A model generated the notes under the pieces. It was given only the letters and a program-made list of their open reading frames with translations. It was not told the DNA's origin and searched no databases. A stretch of DNA of 64,000 nucleotides from Octopus sinensis (lineage: Eukaryota), in contig NC_042997.1 in the NCBI RefSeq assembly GCF_006345805.1, positions 147,746,001 through 147,810,000 on the forward strand, given 5' to 3'. Both the position numbers and the translations under genes were made by a program. Shown in pieces: positions 63,600 through 64,000 of this stretch. Positions within the stretch are counted from its first letter, which is position 1; every line of letters begins with the position of its first letter.

Positions 63600-64000
63600 T
63601 CGTAAGTATTATTTTATTATTATTGCTTATTTGCTTGGTTCGAATTTATCAATAAAATTCTTTCTCTGATTTTCCTCCGAGTCACTTGGCTGTGTAATTT
63701 TGTAGAATGGAAATATTATATATATTTTCCGAACCACATGTTGCTAGGTGGTTACTCAAAGGTATCTGACGATCGGGTCTCTAATCTGTTGCGGTGTACA
63801 CGTGAGGTCTAATAGTGCGTTTACCGTCTGACCTACATATATTTCTTCACAATTGGGCATTTGATGCCGTAAATTAAATTGCTCTTTGCAGTTAATATTC
63901 GCGTTTGGAATATTTTCCCGGTTTTTGTGTTTATATATGGACCGGTATGTATAATTGGCATGTGCCACTCGGCTATCGTGCATTTAGACCGGAAAATATT
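63600..64000 (-). pseudogene. Penelope-like GIY-YIG endonuclease remnant (different lineage from the 18.6-kb element)
   Basis: With one frameshift: NINCK-SNLIYGIKCPNCEEIYVGQTVNAL…QQIRDPIVRYL (LIY…CxxC…YVGQT); runs off the window end. Confidence 0.75.

Overview
AT-rich, microsatellite-saturated eukaryotic DNA; the SINE families and repeat landscape are most consistent with an Octopus (cephalopod) genome (inference from recalled repeat families, not a database hit). No host protein-coding gene could be recognised, and nearly all ORF-track entries are translations of (TA)n/(CA)n/(TATG)n repeats. The window is a transposon landscape. (1) A nearly intact CR1/L2-group LINE ORF2 (APE+RT, about 1000 aa, one frameshift in an A6 run) at 15.3-18.4 kb, whose 3' tail is shared with a local SINE family. 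(2) A 4.2-kb Penelope-like element (PLE) at 18.56-22.80 kb with a C-terminal GIY-YIG remnant not shown in the ORF track, a 3-kb higher-order-repeat 3' region, a hammerhead-ribozyme (HHR) motif and an inverted terminal duplication. (3) Two more PLE remnants (RT at 54.3-54.8 kb, GIY-YIG at 63.6-64 kb). (4) Small palindromic elements carrying two divergently oriented minimal HHR motifs (46.67-47.01 kb; degenerate at 13.36-13.62 kb), plus a CUGUUGA-variant HHR repeat. (5) Three tRNA-derived SINE families, one occurring as a fixed dimer. (6) Mariner/pogo remnants and several foldback MITEs. (7) A full-length 5S rRNA pseudogene. (8) Inverted and tandem duplications that may be assembly artefacts.
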